Assembly (NCBI RefSeq): GCF_039654945.1 | Contig: NW_027361897.1 | Span: 4,836,001-4,900,000, forward strand | Length of the DNA: 64,000 nucleotides | DNA from: Dendrobates tinctorius | Taxonomy: Eukaryota | Direction: 5' to 3' | In this document: positions 21,940 to 37,420 of the stretch, one piece after another | Layout of the letters: each line of letters starts with the position of its first letter | Position numbering within the stretch: the first letter of the stretch is position 1 | Notes under the pieces: generated by a model | The model's database searches: none | Seen by the model: the letters and a program-made list of their open reading frames with translations, nothing else | What the model was told of the DNA's origin: nothing | Translations under genes and position numbers: made by a program

Positions 21940-22870
21940 AATTACAATAATATTAATATTCATTTTTATAGCGCCAACACATTCCACAGCACTTTACATT
22001 TTAGCGGGGACTTGTACAGACTATAAAGACATTACAGAATAACACCTAACTCAGATACCAACAGGAGTGAGGGTCCAGCTCACAAGGTTACAATCTATGA
22101 GGAAATAGGGGAGACATGAAAGGTGAATGGTAAAAAGTACTTGTGTTGTACGGTCCATCCTTCAATGTATATATACATAATTCTGCATTAGCCAGTCACC
22201 AATCAGTATGCGTACAAGTACAGATATGGTTGTGCACGGAGGGTGTGAACAGATGCTATGAGGGTCCTGATTTTGAAGAAAATTTGGCATGGGCACAACA
22301 GGGATAATTACATAAGTGAGATGTAGTGATAGGTCAGTCTAAAGAAATGCGTTTTTAAGCCACGTTTAAAACTGTGAGGATTGGGAATTTATCGAGTTGT
22401 CCTGAGTAGTGCTTTCGAAAGAATTGGCGCAGCAGCCGAGACGTCTTGGAGACAGGAGTGGGAAGTCCAGATTATTGAGGATGTTATACTTAGGTCATTA
22501 GCGGAATGGAGGGCGCGGGTAGGGTGGTAGACCGAGACGATGGAGGAGATGTAGGGTGGCGGTTGACAGTAGAGCGCTTTGTGACTGAAAGTGATAAGTT
22601 TATATACAGCTCTGTAGCGGATGGGCAACCAGTGTATTGACTGGCACAGGTTAGAGGCATCAGTGTAGTGGTTGGAAAGGAATATGTTCTTGGCTGCTGC
22701 ATTCAGGATGGATTGAAGAATGGAGACTTTATTAAGAGGGAGACAGATTAGTAGAGGGTTGCAGTAGTAAAGATGAGAATGAATAAGAACTACAGCAAGA
22801 GTTTTTGCAGTCAAAGGTAAGAAAAATTTGAATTGTTGAAATGTTTTTGAGGTGTAGGTGACATGAGCGA
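21940..22870 (-). mobile_element. L2 LINE 3' fragment
   Basis: ORF2 C-terminal motifs AKTLAVVLIHSHLYYCNPLL..LQSILNAAAK..IHWLPI; L2 tail 'tttatagcgccaacacattccacagcactttaca'. Confidence 0.88.
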
Positions 22871-23281
22871 GTGATCGGATGTAGGGGGGTGAATGACCCC
22901 AAGACAGCGGGCATGTTAATGGGGTGTAATAGTAGAACCACACGCATTATATGAGTTTAGGAGAATAGAGGAATACTTTAACTGTCAGAACTCACATATA
23001 CTGGTGATGGTCCACAAAGTTTAGCAGTTACATCTTCATTTAGTACAAAAGCACATGCTTAGATGGTATAACAGCAAAATATTCACTGTATGACAGAGTG
23101 GTGTGCAGTTATTTTCCAAGTTCAGGCTGTAGACTCTTTATTCACCTAAGGTATTGAAATTATACGGGAGTCCAAAATTTCACACCACTCATCCCCAGTT
23201 TCTTCATCTGCTTGGCGCAGGGGTGCAGTGAGTACCCATCCAGTGGCCAGTGATCTGAACTATGGATAAAGCTAGGATGAA

Positions 23282-23662
23282 GGGCTCATTCACACTTCTG
23301 TTTTTTACATACAAACGCTATCATTTTTTTCATGGATAGTACTCATATAAAAGTCTATGAGGTTTGTCATATTTTGATGTTTCCCTCAGACAGGGTGGTC
23401 TGTGCAAGATCACAGAGAAATGTCTGATATTGATTTTACTATTGGATCAAAATCGGCAATGCAAGTCTATAAGTTTGTGGAAAAAAAATTGGACAGAACT
23501 GGGATGCCCTCCGTATACTGTCTGTTTTTCAGTTTTCCACTGACAGATAGGAAAAAGTGGAGTCATTTTTTTTCTCATCAGTGGTAAAAACTGATGAAAC
23601 TCTGACCAAACTCTGATGAAAATCCATTTGTATTTTGCATAAAAAAATGTGTGAATGAGCCC
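23282..23662. mobile_element. PIF/Harbinger-type MITE
   Basis: TIR GGGCTCATTCACAC, followed by TAA on the right. Confidence 0.8.
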
Positions 23663-23677
23663 TAATACTAAGTTTTG

Positions 23678-23808
23678 GATTAGGGTACGGGTTAAGGATA
23701 GGACAATGGTTAGAGTTTGGACTAGGGTTAGGGTGAGGAAATGGGTTAGGGTATGGGTTAGGGATCATGCTAGGGTTAGCAATAGGTTTAAGTTTAGGGC
23801 TAGGGTAA
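23678..23808 (+). repeat. Degenerate (TTAGGG)n-like hexamer tract
   Basis: ttagggtacgggttaagg...ctagggttagggtgagg...gggttagggtatgggttaggg. Confidence 0.7.
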
Positions 23809-23986
23809 CAAAATATTTATATAAAAAAGTAATTAAAAAAATAAAAGTAAAAATATAATAATTAGGGATGACCAGACTGTAGTATGAATATAATAATGGC
23901 TATTTTGAGTCCATATTGAAATATACAGAATGCATTCAGAGCATTACATAGCTGTATTTCTGGTCAAACATTTACAGATGTGACAG

Positions 23987-24163
23987 ACAATGCTCACAGT
24001 GACAATCTTGAGAACTGTTTGTTTATTACCTGAAACCCTTTCACTTCACAAACAGTTCTAAGTTTCTATATGCTGTTAGACAATGCTCATAGTCACACAA
24101 TCTTGAGAACTGTTTATTACCTGAAACCCTTTCACTTCACAAACAGTTCTAAGTTTCTATATG
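23987..24163. repeat. Local tandem duplication of about 90 bp
   Basis: 'gacaatgctca...cttgagaactgttt..attacctgaaaccctttcacttcacaaacagttctaagtttctatatg' occurs twice. Confidence 0.85.
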
Positions 24164-24741
24164 TTTGTTATTTGTTATTGTAAAACGTTAAGGTTTATTA
24201 ACCTCTTTCTGTGTTGGTTTTATCTAAATCCATGTGCGCTTTTCTCTTCGTTTGATGTTCGCCTGGTATCTGGGTTCATCCTACCTTGAAAGCTGGCCAC
24301 TTGAAGGGCAGGGTGAAACTAGAGTTACACATAGTGTAAATCACTATATAAGGCCATAGAAACATGACTAAGACAGAAGCAAAAACTTTGCTACCTGTAC
24401 GTGTACAGTGTTGATACCTGCATAATTGGGGACACCCGTGCAGTGTTGTGAATTTCCCAGGGGTTCTCTGTCTTGGTGCTGCTTCTCTAATATTCCAGAT
24501 GAATGATGTTTAAAAGCCTAGTGTTGATGATGTGAGTATACTGTATGTAGTTAATCTTTATTTGCACTTAATCATTATATGTATTTAATCTTCATATGTA
24601 CTTAACATTTGTATCTTAAAATATACAAAAGTGTACTTAATCAAACTATTCAATCATATTCTTCCTTTAATTTTGTACTTTGAAATAAAATTGCGTTATA
24701 TCGCAAGTAGTAGCCTTCTTTAAAGCCGTATCTGAACCTTA

Positions 24742-25781
24742 GGCCGGAGTCACACTAGCGAGAAATATGGATGAGTGATATGCGAGAAAAAATTGCATAG
24801 CACTCGGACCAATGTTAATCTATGGGGCAGCTCCCATCAGCCAATTTTTTTCTCGGCCGTATTATACAGGCTGAGAAAATCGCAGCATGCAAAGATTGTC
24901 AGCGTATTACGCCCGTAATACTCCAATGCAAGTCTATGGGGGTGAGAAAACTACGGATTACACACGGACCAGACGTGTGACTTGCGGGAAATATGCACCT
25001 GTGTCCTTTAACAAAAGCTGGCAACTCATTTTGCAATACAGTAAAATCACACTGACATGCTTAATAAAGAATAGATATATACACATAGAATACATATATA
25101 TATATATATATATCATTGTATCTCATAGTGTTCTACATAGCATAATAGCCGCTAAATCAATTAAGGCTGTTAATATCTGCCCTCACTCACTGGCTTTCCC
25201 TCTCTGGCAGAGAAATTACCGCAGGAGCCCACGCAATTTTTTTCAACGAATCTACCCGTTAATTTGACACCTACATGTCCAAAACTTTACACACATACCC
25301 TAATCTAATTATTAATCAAAGACATATAAAAAACTAATTGAAATGAAAATGGTTTACTGTATGTAAACCATGTATCATTTCATGTCGGGCTTTGTAATAA
25401 TTTTACAGAAGCCGGCAATTGATTTAGAGGCTATTATGCTATGTAGAACTCTATGAAATATATATATATATATATATGCGTTTGTGTGTGTGTGTCTCAA
25501 TGACATGTATATTTATATATATGTATTCTATGTGTCTACATCTATTCTTTCGTTTGTGTTTTAACCTGTCATTGGGATCCATTATATGTCCATTTTGCAA
25601 GCCGGCGCTAAAATCTTGGCATATGGATGCAATACAGATGTCATGAGGATACTTACATGCACAAAAATTGCATCCTAGCGTTGCCAACGGGTGACATACT
25701 AATCACTGTTCAGGGAACATTTCTGCGTATTACGACCATAACATACAGACTGTATTTTTGCAGTTGTGTCTGACTCCGGCC
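24742..25781. mobile_element. PIF/Harbinger-type non-autonomous element
   Basis: TIR GGCCGGAGTCA(C/G)AC; TSD TTA on both sides. Confidence 0.88.
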
Positions 25782-25799
25782 TTAGTGTTAAAAACTTGG

Positions 25800-26085
25800 C
25801 ACTACACCAGACCTGTGGAAGTTTGGGTTCTGATACCTGACCAGTACTTTAGTCCAAAGTTCAGTTTGGGTACCAAAACTTTCCCCAATCTTGAACCCGA
25901 ACCCCACTGAAATGAATAGCGATATGATACAAGAGAGAAAATTTTGAACTTCAAAAGTTCAGATCACCATTGTTTTCAATGGGTTTTGGTTAAAGTTTGG
26001 GTACAGTTCAGGTATCCAAACCTAACTTTGGACTTAAGTTCAGGTCGGGTACCAGAACCCAAACTTCCACGGATTCGCTCATCCC
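25800..26085. mobile_element. Palindromic hAT-like MITE (left end degraded)
   Basis: gtggaagtttgggttctgatacctgacc mirrors ggtcgggtaccagaacccaaacttccac; right end ttcgctcatccc. Confidence 0.6.
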
Positions 26086-27329
26086 AAATAACAATCTATA
26101 ACTTTAGTTTTAAAATTTTATATCAAATTTTAGAAAAGACACAATAACTAGATGGTTAAATGGCAAAGTGGACACATTAGGGCCCCTCTGATCCCTTTGA
26201 TACAATAATTCTGTCTTTCATTAAAAATGGACCAGACAAATGCAATGTCCGAACGAAAGTGTGAACATATCCCAAGTTTGCATGTAAATGCAGGAGCTTT
26301 AAAAATGTGATCACACGCAGAATGAATTGTTTCTAACCAGTACAATCAGTATTTTGCTTTACTGTATGCAATAAAAATGTTTTACATTTATCCAATAGAT
26401 ATAATCAGCTAATGTTCTACATTTTTTTTGTCAAGAACTGCTATTTTCCTGATATTCTTGCCAGTTTTTACAATCGATGGAAAAACTTTTCATTGTTGAC
26501 CAAGAAGGGCAGATTTATCAAAACTTTCTAACATACTGTTTTCATAGCTACCAATCAGAGTGCAGCTTATATTTCTTAAGCTGCTGTGGAAAAATGAAAG
26601 CTGCTCTGAGATTGGTTGCTATGACCTACAAACAATTTACATTGGCCAAGAGGTCAGGTGAGTATTTCTTCAGGTTAGGTGATTCGAAAGGTTGTCTCTT
26701 TCCAGAAAACATTTAATTCATAGGTTGCGGTAGCTATAAACAAACAAGCTGAGTGTTATTTACCCTCCTCAGGTCCAACGCCTTCTCTCCGCCGCTTTCC
26801 CGGTCTCTGTTGTTTGTCTGCAGCATTGACATTAAATACCACTGCAGTCGATCAGTGAGCTCAGTGTCTCTACCCTTGCAGACGGCATGATTGTGTGCAG
26901 CGATGCTGAAGTGACATCAGGACGGCATGGAACCGATCGACAACATTAGCAACCGTCCAGAAATTCCAGGACAGTCCATAAAACTAAATCACTTTTAATA
27001 CTAAATATAAGCCCAGCCATAAAAGTATGCATGTAACCTAATGACATACTGTAAATGAGAAGGGTAGCCAATTAAATAACTCTGCTACTGATGATAGATA
27101 AATAGCATAGTCAGTGTTATTAACCCAAGGTACAGCCATTTTATGGTATACAATTATCTATCCATGGGAAAAATTCACCCCATGTGCGTTTCGCTTAGGC
27201 TTCCTCTGGGGCATTGGAATTATGGGCTGTAGATATGGATCTGGATATAATCGTAATGATTTATTATGGTTTTCCAAGGTGTCAAAAATATTGTCTGTCT
27301 GTGATTGTTTTGATAAGTTGCCCAGAAAA

Positions 27330-30190
27330 TATTTATTATTTATTTATATAGCGCCATTAATTCCATGGTGCTGTACATGAGAAGGGGGGTTACATACAAG
27401 GTTATAGATATCGTTAACAGTAAACAAATTTACAATGACAGACTGGTACAGAAGGGAGAGGACCCTGCCCTTGCGGACTTACATTCTACGGGATAGTGGG
27501 GAAGAGAAAGAAGGTCGGGGGTGCAGCAGCTCTGGTGGTGATGAGGTAACAGCTCAGGTGGTGGTGAGGAGGCAGAATGGTTATTGCAGGCTGTAAGCTT
27601 TCCTGAAAAGATCCAAGGGTGGTGGATAATCGGACGTGTTGAGGCATGGCATTCCAGAGGATAGGGGATATTCGGGAGAAATCCTGGAGGCGGTTGTCTG
27701 AGGAACGAATAAGTGTGGAGAAGAGTAGGAGGTCTTGGGAGGATCGAAGATTACGTGAGGGAAGATATTGGGATATTAGTTCAGAGATATAGGGAGGGGA
27801 AAGGTTGTGAATGGCTTTGTAGGTCAGTGTTAGTAGTTTGAACTAGATTTGCCTGGGAATTGGGAAGCAATGGAGGGATTTGCAGAGGGGAGAGACAGGG
27901 GAGTAGCGAGGAAAGAGGTGGATTAGTCGGGCAGCAGAATTGAGGACAGACTGGAGTGGTGCAAGAGAGTTAGCAGGGAGGCCACAGAGGAGAGTGTTGT
28001 AGTAGTCAAGGCGGGAGATGATGAGGGCATGTACAAGAGTTTTAGTAGAATGAGGGCTGAGGAAAGGACGGATTCTGGAAATATTTTTGTGTTGGAGGCG
28101 ACAGGAGTTGGCAAGAGTTTGGACGTGTGGTTTGAAGGACAGGGCGGAGTCGAGAGTTACTTCGAGGCAGCGGATTTCAGGTGTGGGAGAGAGCGTGATG
28201 CCATTTACCAAAACAGATAGATCGGGTAGGGAAGATACGTGAGATGGAGGAAAGATAATGAGTTAGTTTTGTCTACATTGAGTTTTAGGAAGCGGGAGGT
28301 GAAAAAGGAGGATATGGCTGATAGACACTCTGGGATTCTGGACAGCAGAGAGGTGACATCTGGTTAAGAGAGGTAGATCTGAGTGTCATCTGCATACAGG
28401 TGGTACTGGAAGCCATGGGACTTTGAGTTGTCCTAGCCAAGAGTATAGATGGAAAAAGATAGGGCCCCAGGACAGAGCCTTGGGGGACTCCAACAGAGAG
28501 GGGGCAGGATGAGGAGGTAGTGTGGGAGTGGGAAATGCTGAATGTGCGGTCAGAAAGGTATGAGGAAATCTAGGACAAGGTCTTTGATGCCAAGGGAAGA
28601 AAGAATCTGTAGCAGTAGGCAGTGGTCAACTGGGTCAAAGGCAGAGGACAGGTCGAGAAGGAGGAGGATGGAGAACTCTCTGTTAACTTTGACTGTGAGT
28701 AAGTCATTAGTAATTTTGGTCAAGGCAGTTTCAGTGGAGTGGTGGGGGTGGAAGCCAGATTGCAGGATGTCAAGGAGGGAGTTAGATGAGAGTTGGGAGG
28801 AAAGTTGAGCATGGACATGCTGTTCAAGGAGTTTGGAAGCAAACAGGAGCAGTAATATGGGGCGATAGCTGGGCATAGCAGTTGGGTCAAGGTTTGATTT
28901 TTTGAGGATGGGTGTTATGGTGGCATGTTTGAAGGCAGAGAGGAAGGTACCCGAATTTAGGGATAGGCTGGAATGATCATGTTAGTGAGGTTGGGGAGCA
29001 GGTGGGAAGGGATAGGGTCAAGTGCACAGGTGGTGAGGTGTGATTTGGAAAGGAGATGAGTAAGCTCTCCTTCAGTGATGTTGGAGAGGGAGGTTATTAG
29101 GGAAGGGCAGAGGTCTGGTAAGTGGAGTGGTTGGGGTGGTGGAACTGAAAAGGTTTGCCTTGTTTGGTCGATCTTGTTTTTGAAGTAGGTGGCAAAGTCC
29201 TCAGCAGAGATGAGGGGAGTTGGAGGTGGCAGTGGTGGGCGGAGGAGAGACTTAAATGTGCTGAACAGTTGTTTTGGGTTGTGGGATAATGAAGATACAA
29301 AGTTTGTGAAATAGGTCTGTTTAGCAGAGTTGAGGGCTGATTTAAAGGCAAGTGTAGCTTGTTTGAAAGCAGTGAAGTTGTGTGGCAGGCGTGTTTTCTT
29401 CCAACGCCACTCCGCGACCCTGGATGCTTGTCGAAGTTTTTTGGTGAGGTTGTTGTGCCAGGGTTGCCTATTGGTTTGTCGCACTTTGCCATGCATCTAT
29501 GGCTGATGTGAGGGTGGCGTTGTAGAAAGCGGTGGCACTGTCCGTGTTGTGGAGTGAAGATATGGAGGACAGAGGTAGATGAGAGTCTGAGAGTCTGTGA
29601 ATGTCTAGGTGTGTGAGGATATACTAGTGGCTGGACATGGGGGGCTTGTGAGGACAAGGATGAGAAGGTGAGTAGATGGTGGTCAGATAGCGGGAAGGGA
29701 GAGGTTGTGAGATTAGATAGGGAACAGAGGTGGGTGAAGATGAGGTCTAATGTATGTCCATCTGTGTGGGTGGCTGTGGAGGACCACTGAGTAAGTCCAA
29801 AGGATGAGGTAAGTCACAGGAGTTTGGAGGCTGCTGGCTGGTGGGTGTCAATGGGGTTGTTGAAGTCCCCCATGATGATGGTGGGGATGTCAGAAGAGAG
29901 AAAGTGGAGGAGCCAGGTGGAGAATTGGTCGATGAAGGCAGTGGCTGAGCCCGGTGGTTGGTATATGACAGCCATTTGGAGATTAGAGGAAGAGTAAATA
30001 TGGACAGAGTGAACCTCGAAAGAAGGGAGGATAAGGGAGGGTGGTGGTTGGATAGGGTTGAAGGAGCAGTTTTTAGAAAGGAGAAAACCCACTCCTCCAC
30101 CATATCTGTTGCCAGGGCGAGGAGTGTAGGTAAAGTGGAGGCCGCCATATCTCAGTGCGGCCAGGGAGGCCGTGTCAGGGGTGTCAATAT
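27330..30190 (-). mobile_element. L2 LINE, 5'-truncated, degraded APE+RT ORF2
   Basis: Motifs GGGVGFLL, IYQPPG, IIMGDFN, ALDPIPSHLL, YRPI, QSGFHPHHSTETAL, LDLSSAFD, LIISRLDY across ORFs 27843-30350; 3' tail 'tttatttatatagcgccattaattccatggtgctgtaca'. Confidence 0.93.
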
Positions 30191-30907
30191 AAAAAGTAAA
30201 GTTGGCAACCCAGTTGATCTGAAGACCACTAGGTCCCCAAGATGGCGAAGGTCCCAGGATCAATGGTCCTAGTCCTCTACTTCCTATCCAGCCCCGTATA
30301 TATAGCCAAGATAATTCACAACTACCATTGAAAAATAAGTGATACAGCATATTTTAAAATCTGCAAAACATCAAGTACAGATATAAAAAAAATATATATA
30401 TTCTACTCAACTTCATCATTTTAATGATCTTCTGCTTGTTGAAAGCTTCATGGTGTTTGTCAAATGTATATGCTTCCCAGAGTGTAAATTTTGGGGGCAG
30501 GGGGGGTTTAGTGATTTAGTGACCTGCAATTCAAGATATTTCCTTATGGTGGTGCAAAAGACCAGTTTCTAAGACAAGCAAGTCAGTAACAAAACAAGCC
30601 ACCACATCCTGTATGTCATACATAGGAATAGTGAAGAAACAAGAGCAGAAGTGCGGAACATAGAGGCATCACGGCGCAATAATGAAATAAGAATCCAACA
30701 TTTTGAAAAAAAAACCAACATGTTTATGACTAAACTTTATATATTATTTATTATTGTTTTCATGTTTGAAAATTATTACTCTGCCATCAGATATTAGATC
30801 ATACAGATGCAGCAGGGCTTACTTTTGTCAGTGCAATCATCATCGTGTTGCAATGCTTCATCTGTGGTTTTTCATTGCACTGCTGTACCCTACTAAAGGG
30901 TCCTAAC

Positions 30908-31191
30908 TAGTGATGGGCGAACGTTTTTGGATGAGGTGTTATCTGGTGCTAACCGGGTGACTTCGGTGTGCTCGAAAAATATGTCCGAGTCCCCACAACT
31001 GTTCGCTGACCCAACACATGCAGGGATTGCCTGTTTGTTAAGCAATCCCTTCTTGTGTTGTGACCATCGAACAGCCGTGAGACATGCAGCCGCTGGGATT
31101 AAAACAGATTTTTCGAGCCCGCCGATGACACTCGGTTAGCACTTGTGCATACTCAGATAACACCTTATCCCAGTATGTTCACTCATCACGA
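30908..31191. mobile_element. hAT-type MITE
   Basis: TIR TAGTGATG(G/A)G; perfect 8-bp TSD GTCCTAAC. Confidence 0.88.
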
Positions 31192-31544
31192 GTCCTAACT
31201 GTTATCACGTTTGCAAAGCTACATACATTACATGATAAGTTGCAAAGTAAATGCAAAAATATAAATAAACTCAGGGCAAGTTAATTATTTTGTGCCTTTT
31301 TTTGGAGGTTTGCAAAATTTGATGTGTTTAATTTCTACACATTTATTTAGGCTGTTACACCATCTTAACCATTTAGCAATCGTTTGCTCCCGGGATTGAT
31401 TTTCAAACATTATTAATGTGTCGCCTTGATGTTTGGCAAATTTGGCACAATTTATTTTGGCATATTTTGAAAAAAGTGGCTAGAAAAAAAAAGCCTTAGA
31501 AAATTCTAAATACATTTGTTAAAACACATGGAATGTAACTTTAA

Positions 31545-32461
31545 GGCTACGTTCACACGTAGCGGAATTTCCACGGAAGTTACCACAAGAATTCCGGAAA
31601 TCCATTCCGCGGGAAAATCGCATTTTAAATTCCTGTGATTTTCCCGTGGAAAAACTAGCGATTTGCAAGCGTAATTAGCTTGCAGAATGCTTTCATTTTC
31701 CAAGCGATCTGGAGCATCGCTTGGAGAACTGATTGACAGGTTGGTCACACTTGGCAAACATAGTGTTTGACTAGTGTGACCAACTTTTTACTACTGAGGC
31801 AGCCTCAGTAGTAAAAGATAGGATGATAAAAAATAATAAAAAAAATAAAAAATATTGTTATTCTCACCTTCCGGCGTCCCGCGCAGCCTACCTGCCTCTC
31901 TCCACGCTCCCGGCATCTTCCGGTCCCAGCAATCCTTTGTGTGAATGACCGCGAGATGTCGCGCTCCCGCGAGACCGCGACGTCAACGCGGTCATTCTCG
32001 CAAAGGATTACCAGGACCGGAAGATGTCGGGAGCGTGGAGAGAGGCGGGAAGGCTGCGCGGGACGCCGGAAGGTGAGAATAACAATATTTTTTATTTTAA
32101 TTCTATTTTTACGGGGATATGGTACCCAGAGCCCGGAGGACACTCTCCCCTTCTCCGGACCGTGGGTACCATCCGCAAATGTTCTGCTTATTTTTCGCAT
32201 GGTGGGCACAGCCACATGCGGAAAGTAAGCAGAACAATGCATTCCTATGGGTGCAGGATCACCGCGATTCTGCTAAATTAATGAGCATGCTGTGTTTTTT
32301 ACCGCCAAGTGTTTCCGCCGCGGAAAAAACCGCAGCATTAGCACAGCATTGCAGAATCCCATAGGACTGCATGGGATGCTTATTTTTCGCGTTTTCGCGT
32401 CAAAATTGCGCGTTTAAAACCACCGCGAAAACGCGAAAAACCGCGATGCGTGAACGCAGCC
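31545..32461. mobile_element. PIF/Harbinger-type MITE with near-perfect internal palindrome (about 31835-32100)
   Basis: TIR GGCT(A/G)CGTTCAC; TSD TAA; same family as 43005-43796 in opposite orientation. Confidence 0.9.
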
Positions 32462-32596
32462 TAAGAACAAGCTGAAGTTGGTGACGAAACATGGAGCAAT
32501 TATTCCCAGAATTTTGGAGGGCAAAAAAAGGGGTTCAATGGCGTGAGTGAACATCACTTTTCCTTCAATTTCTGCATCAAAATTGTCAGTGATAAT

Positions 32597-33100
32597 TAGT
32601 GTTGAGCGATACCATCCGATATTCAGAAATATCAGATCGGATTGGATCGGCCCGATACACAAAAAGTATCGGGTATCGCCGATTCCGATCCCGCACAGAC
32701 CACCGGCAGCCGGCACAGACCACCGACAGCCGGCACAGGCCCCCGAGAGGCCCGTACAGACCACCGGCAGCCGGCACAGGCCCCCGAGAGGCCCGCACAG
32801 ACCACCAGCAGCCGGCACAGGCCCCCGACAGGCCTGTACAGACCCCCGAGAGGCCCGTACAGACCCCCGACAGTCGGCACAGACCCCCCGCAGTCGGCAC
32901 ATCATGATGCGCACAGACCGCGTATCATGATGACATCATTTCAGCAGCCAATCACAGCCACAACACTGGCTCATTGCAATATGGGGACTTCCGATTCCGG
33001 TATCCGATATTGAAAAAATATCGGTACTCGATATCGGAATTCTGATACAGCGAATATCGGCCGATACCCGATATTTGCAGTATCGGAATGCTCAACACTA
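32597..33100. mobile_element. hAT-type MITE with internal GC-rich 19/20-bp tandem repeats
   Basis: TIR TAGTGTTGAGC; perfect 8-bp TSD GTGATAAT; repeats 'cagaccaccggcagccggca' / 'caggcccccgagaggcccgta'. Confidence 0.9.
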
Positions 33101-34972
33101 GTGATAATAAAACCCGAAAGAAGGAACCAAGTGGCAGCAAAACCAAAATTCCATCAGATCACATCCGGACACCCTTATTTTTGGTCAGTGTGCTGTCCAT
33201 TTATGGTCAGTATACTGTGCACAATGCTACAAAAACTGGCATAAAAAGTAACATGCTAATCTGACTGCAGTACTTTTGGAACATTGTTTGTAGGAGTCAG
33301 AAAAGTTTTCATTAGAGATGAGCAAATTAATTCAAGATTCATTGAATTTATCTTGAATTTCACAAAAAAAAATTGGATTAGACAGAACCAAAGTTTTATG
33401 AAATTCCCCCTTGGACAAGTTCAGCAGAATGTTGATTAGCCGGTATTCTTTAGTCTTTATCTTCACCGTTCTGGAGCAGTCTTCAGCATCTGACAATGTC
33501 ATGATCTGTGTCGACCCACGAAGTCCTGTGGGACGCTCTGGAGAAGATGAAGGGTGGGAATCGATGACTATAATTTTTATTTTTAAACCCTAAGTTTATA
33601 AGAGAGATTCATAGCATATTATGACACATTCGATTTGCGCCAATTAAATTTGACGCAATTCGAATTTCCCCTACAAATTAGAGATTTCTAGCAAATTTGA
33701 GCCAAATCCTTAGCCATAATCAGGGGTGTAATTATAGTAGATGATGAGGCCCTGGAGTTTACATAGACCTAAAAAGGCCCTTTGGCCCATGTGAGAAGAT
33801 CATCTATTAAACATCTGTGATAGTTGGGGCCCTGATGAAGATTTTGCATTGTGACACACAAGCTTCAAGTTACCCCACTGGCCTTGAAATATTTAGCCTC
33901 ATGTTAAAGCTTATGTTAAAGCATCACCCAATGTTTTTTTTGTGACAGAAATGGAGTGGTGACACTAATGTAATTTTCGTGGCCCTAGTGTTATACTTAC
34001 CGTCTTCAGTGGTTTCCAGCACCGCTCCGGTCCCCATCCACCATTTTTATCACAGCACATTCTGCCTGACCCGAAGTCAGAGGTGACGGTCACAAGCTCT
34101 CCCTGTAAGTCTATAAGAGCTTTGCTCTCACAATATACAGTGTTACAGTGTACACAGGAACCTACCAATCAGGGGTGTGGGTAGGGTTATGCACTGCTCA
34201 GCATTCTGAGCTCCGCTACATCTACAACAGATAAAACAGGGAATCTATCAAAACGCACGAAGGCCCAATAAGTGATACATCGTTGGAATCAGGCTCTCTT
34301 GCCCTAAATTATGCTGCTCTCAGATTACATAGCAAAACCTGCTGACAGATTCAGATTACAGAAATAACTATAATACTATGCTATACTGTATCTAGTCCTA
34401 AACCAGAGGACGTGAAGCGTTACAGAGATTCGGGTCCTGCACTACACATTACTTAGTCTTTATTACTTATGCATAATATAGAAATATAATTAGATGTATA
34501 ATGTTACAAATACAATAACTGAATCACTGCACTAAGTAGTTAAGAAAATATACAATAAGGATGAAACATATAATAAGTAACTCATCTATAGAATAATGAG
34601 TATAGATTACACAGAAATTAATGTATGCACTGAGTCCCTATAGACTTCTCTGTGGACATATGTGAGTATATAGGCACTGCCCTCCCTACAGCTTCAGCAT
34701 CTCCTGAGGCCTAATTAAAAATTACCACCATATTAAAGAGACATAGCACATGCAGTGATTTGTCATATTCGCAAAGCTTGTAAAAAAAAAAAAAGAAAAA
34801 TTTATTCCATGATTTTTAATATGGGCCATAAAAAAGAGAGTGGTGTCATCATCAACTTTCTCCAAAGGTTTATAAGTGTTTTTTCTTTTTTATATAATCC
34901 AGACTTTTGCTTAAGATTTTGCAACTATATCTACTTTGATGTATTATTTTTAGTAACCACATTGGAGCCATA

Positions 34973-36590
<1,618 letters not shown>

Positions 36591-36719
36591 TATGTTTGTG
36601 GATCAGACTTTCCATTGATTCCTATTAAAAGAGGAGACACTAAGGAAAAAAAACCCACATCACAACCCACAAGTGTCCTATGAGCTAGCATTACTCTTTT
36701 AGGATCTTGTTTTTGTTAA

Positions 36720-37420
36720 AGGGAATTTGTCATCAGGTTTTTGCTATTTAATCTGATGGCAGCATGAGGTAGGGGCTGAGGCACTGATTTCAGGAATGTG
36801 TCACTTATTAGGCTGAGTGCTGATGTTTCAATACAATGAGTCTTTTATCAGGAGATTATCACTGCTTAGACTAGCTCCCAAGTGCAACTTGGTCTAACTT
36901 CGCCCCTAAGGGTACCGTTACACCTAGCGATGCACCAGCGATCCCGACCAGCGATATGACGCGGTCAGGATCGCTGGTGCATCGCTAGGTGGTCGCTAGT
37001 GAGCTGCCACACAGGCAGATCTCACTAGCGACATCGCTGGGAACGGGGATCGTTACTTACCTGTCAGACGCGGCGATCCTGTGTCCTCCCGCCCAGCTCC
37101 ACGCGTCGCTCGTCGGCGCCACAGGAAGTGGCCAACCAGGAATGGTCCAGGAGCTTCTCGCGCGATCAGCGATAACCAGCGGGGGAGCCGGTCGGAGGTA
37201 AGTATCACATGTAGCGATATCGCTAGCAATATCGCTGCAACGTCACAAAATCGGTGACTTTACAGCGATATTGCTAGCGATATCGCAGTGTGTAACGGGG
37301 GCTTAACCCTGATTAGCAGCTTACTGTCAATATGCAATGTACACAGAAAGGTGTGGTGTGGGCGGAGTTAGCTTTTGAGCTCTGCTACATAGTACATATA
37401 AAAACTGTCATTATACCAAG
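36720..37420. mobile_element. Kolobok/T2-like MITE (right end lost) hosting a Harbinger MITE
   Basis: TTAA|AGGGAATTTGTCA start; similar to 40921-41317. Confidence 0.6.
36910..37303. mobile_element. PIF/Harbinger-type MITE
   Basis: TIR core CCGTTACAC; TSD TAA; left half matches 58521-58820. Confidence 0.82.
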
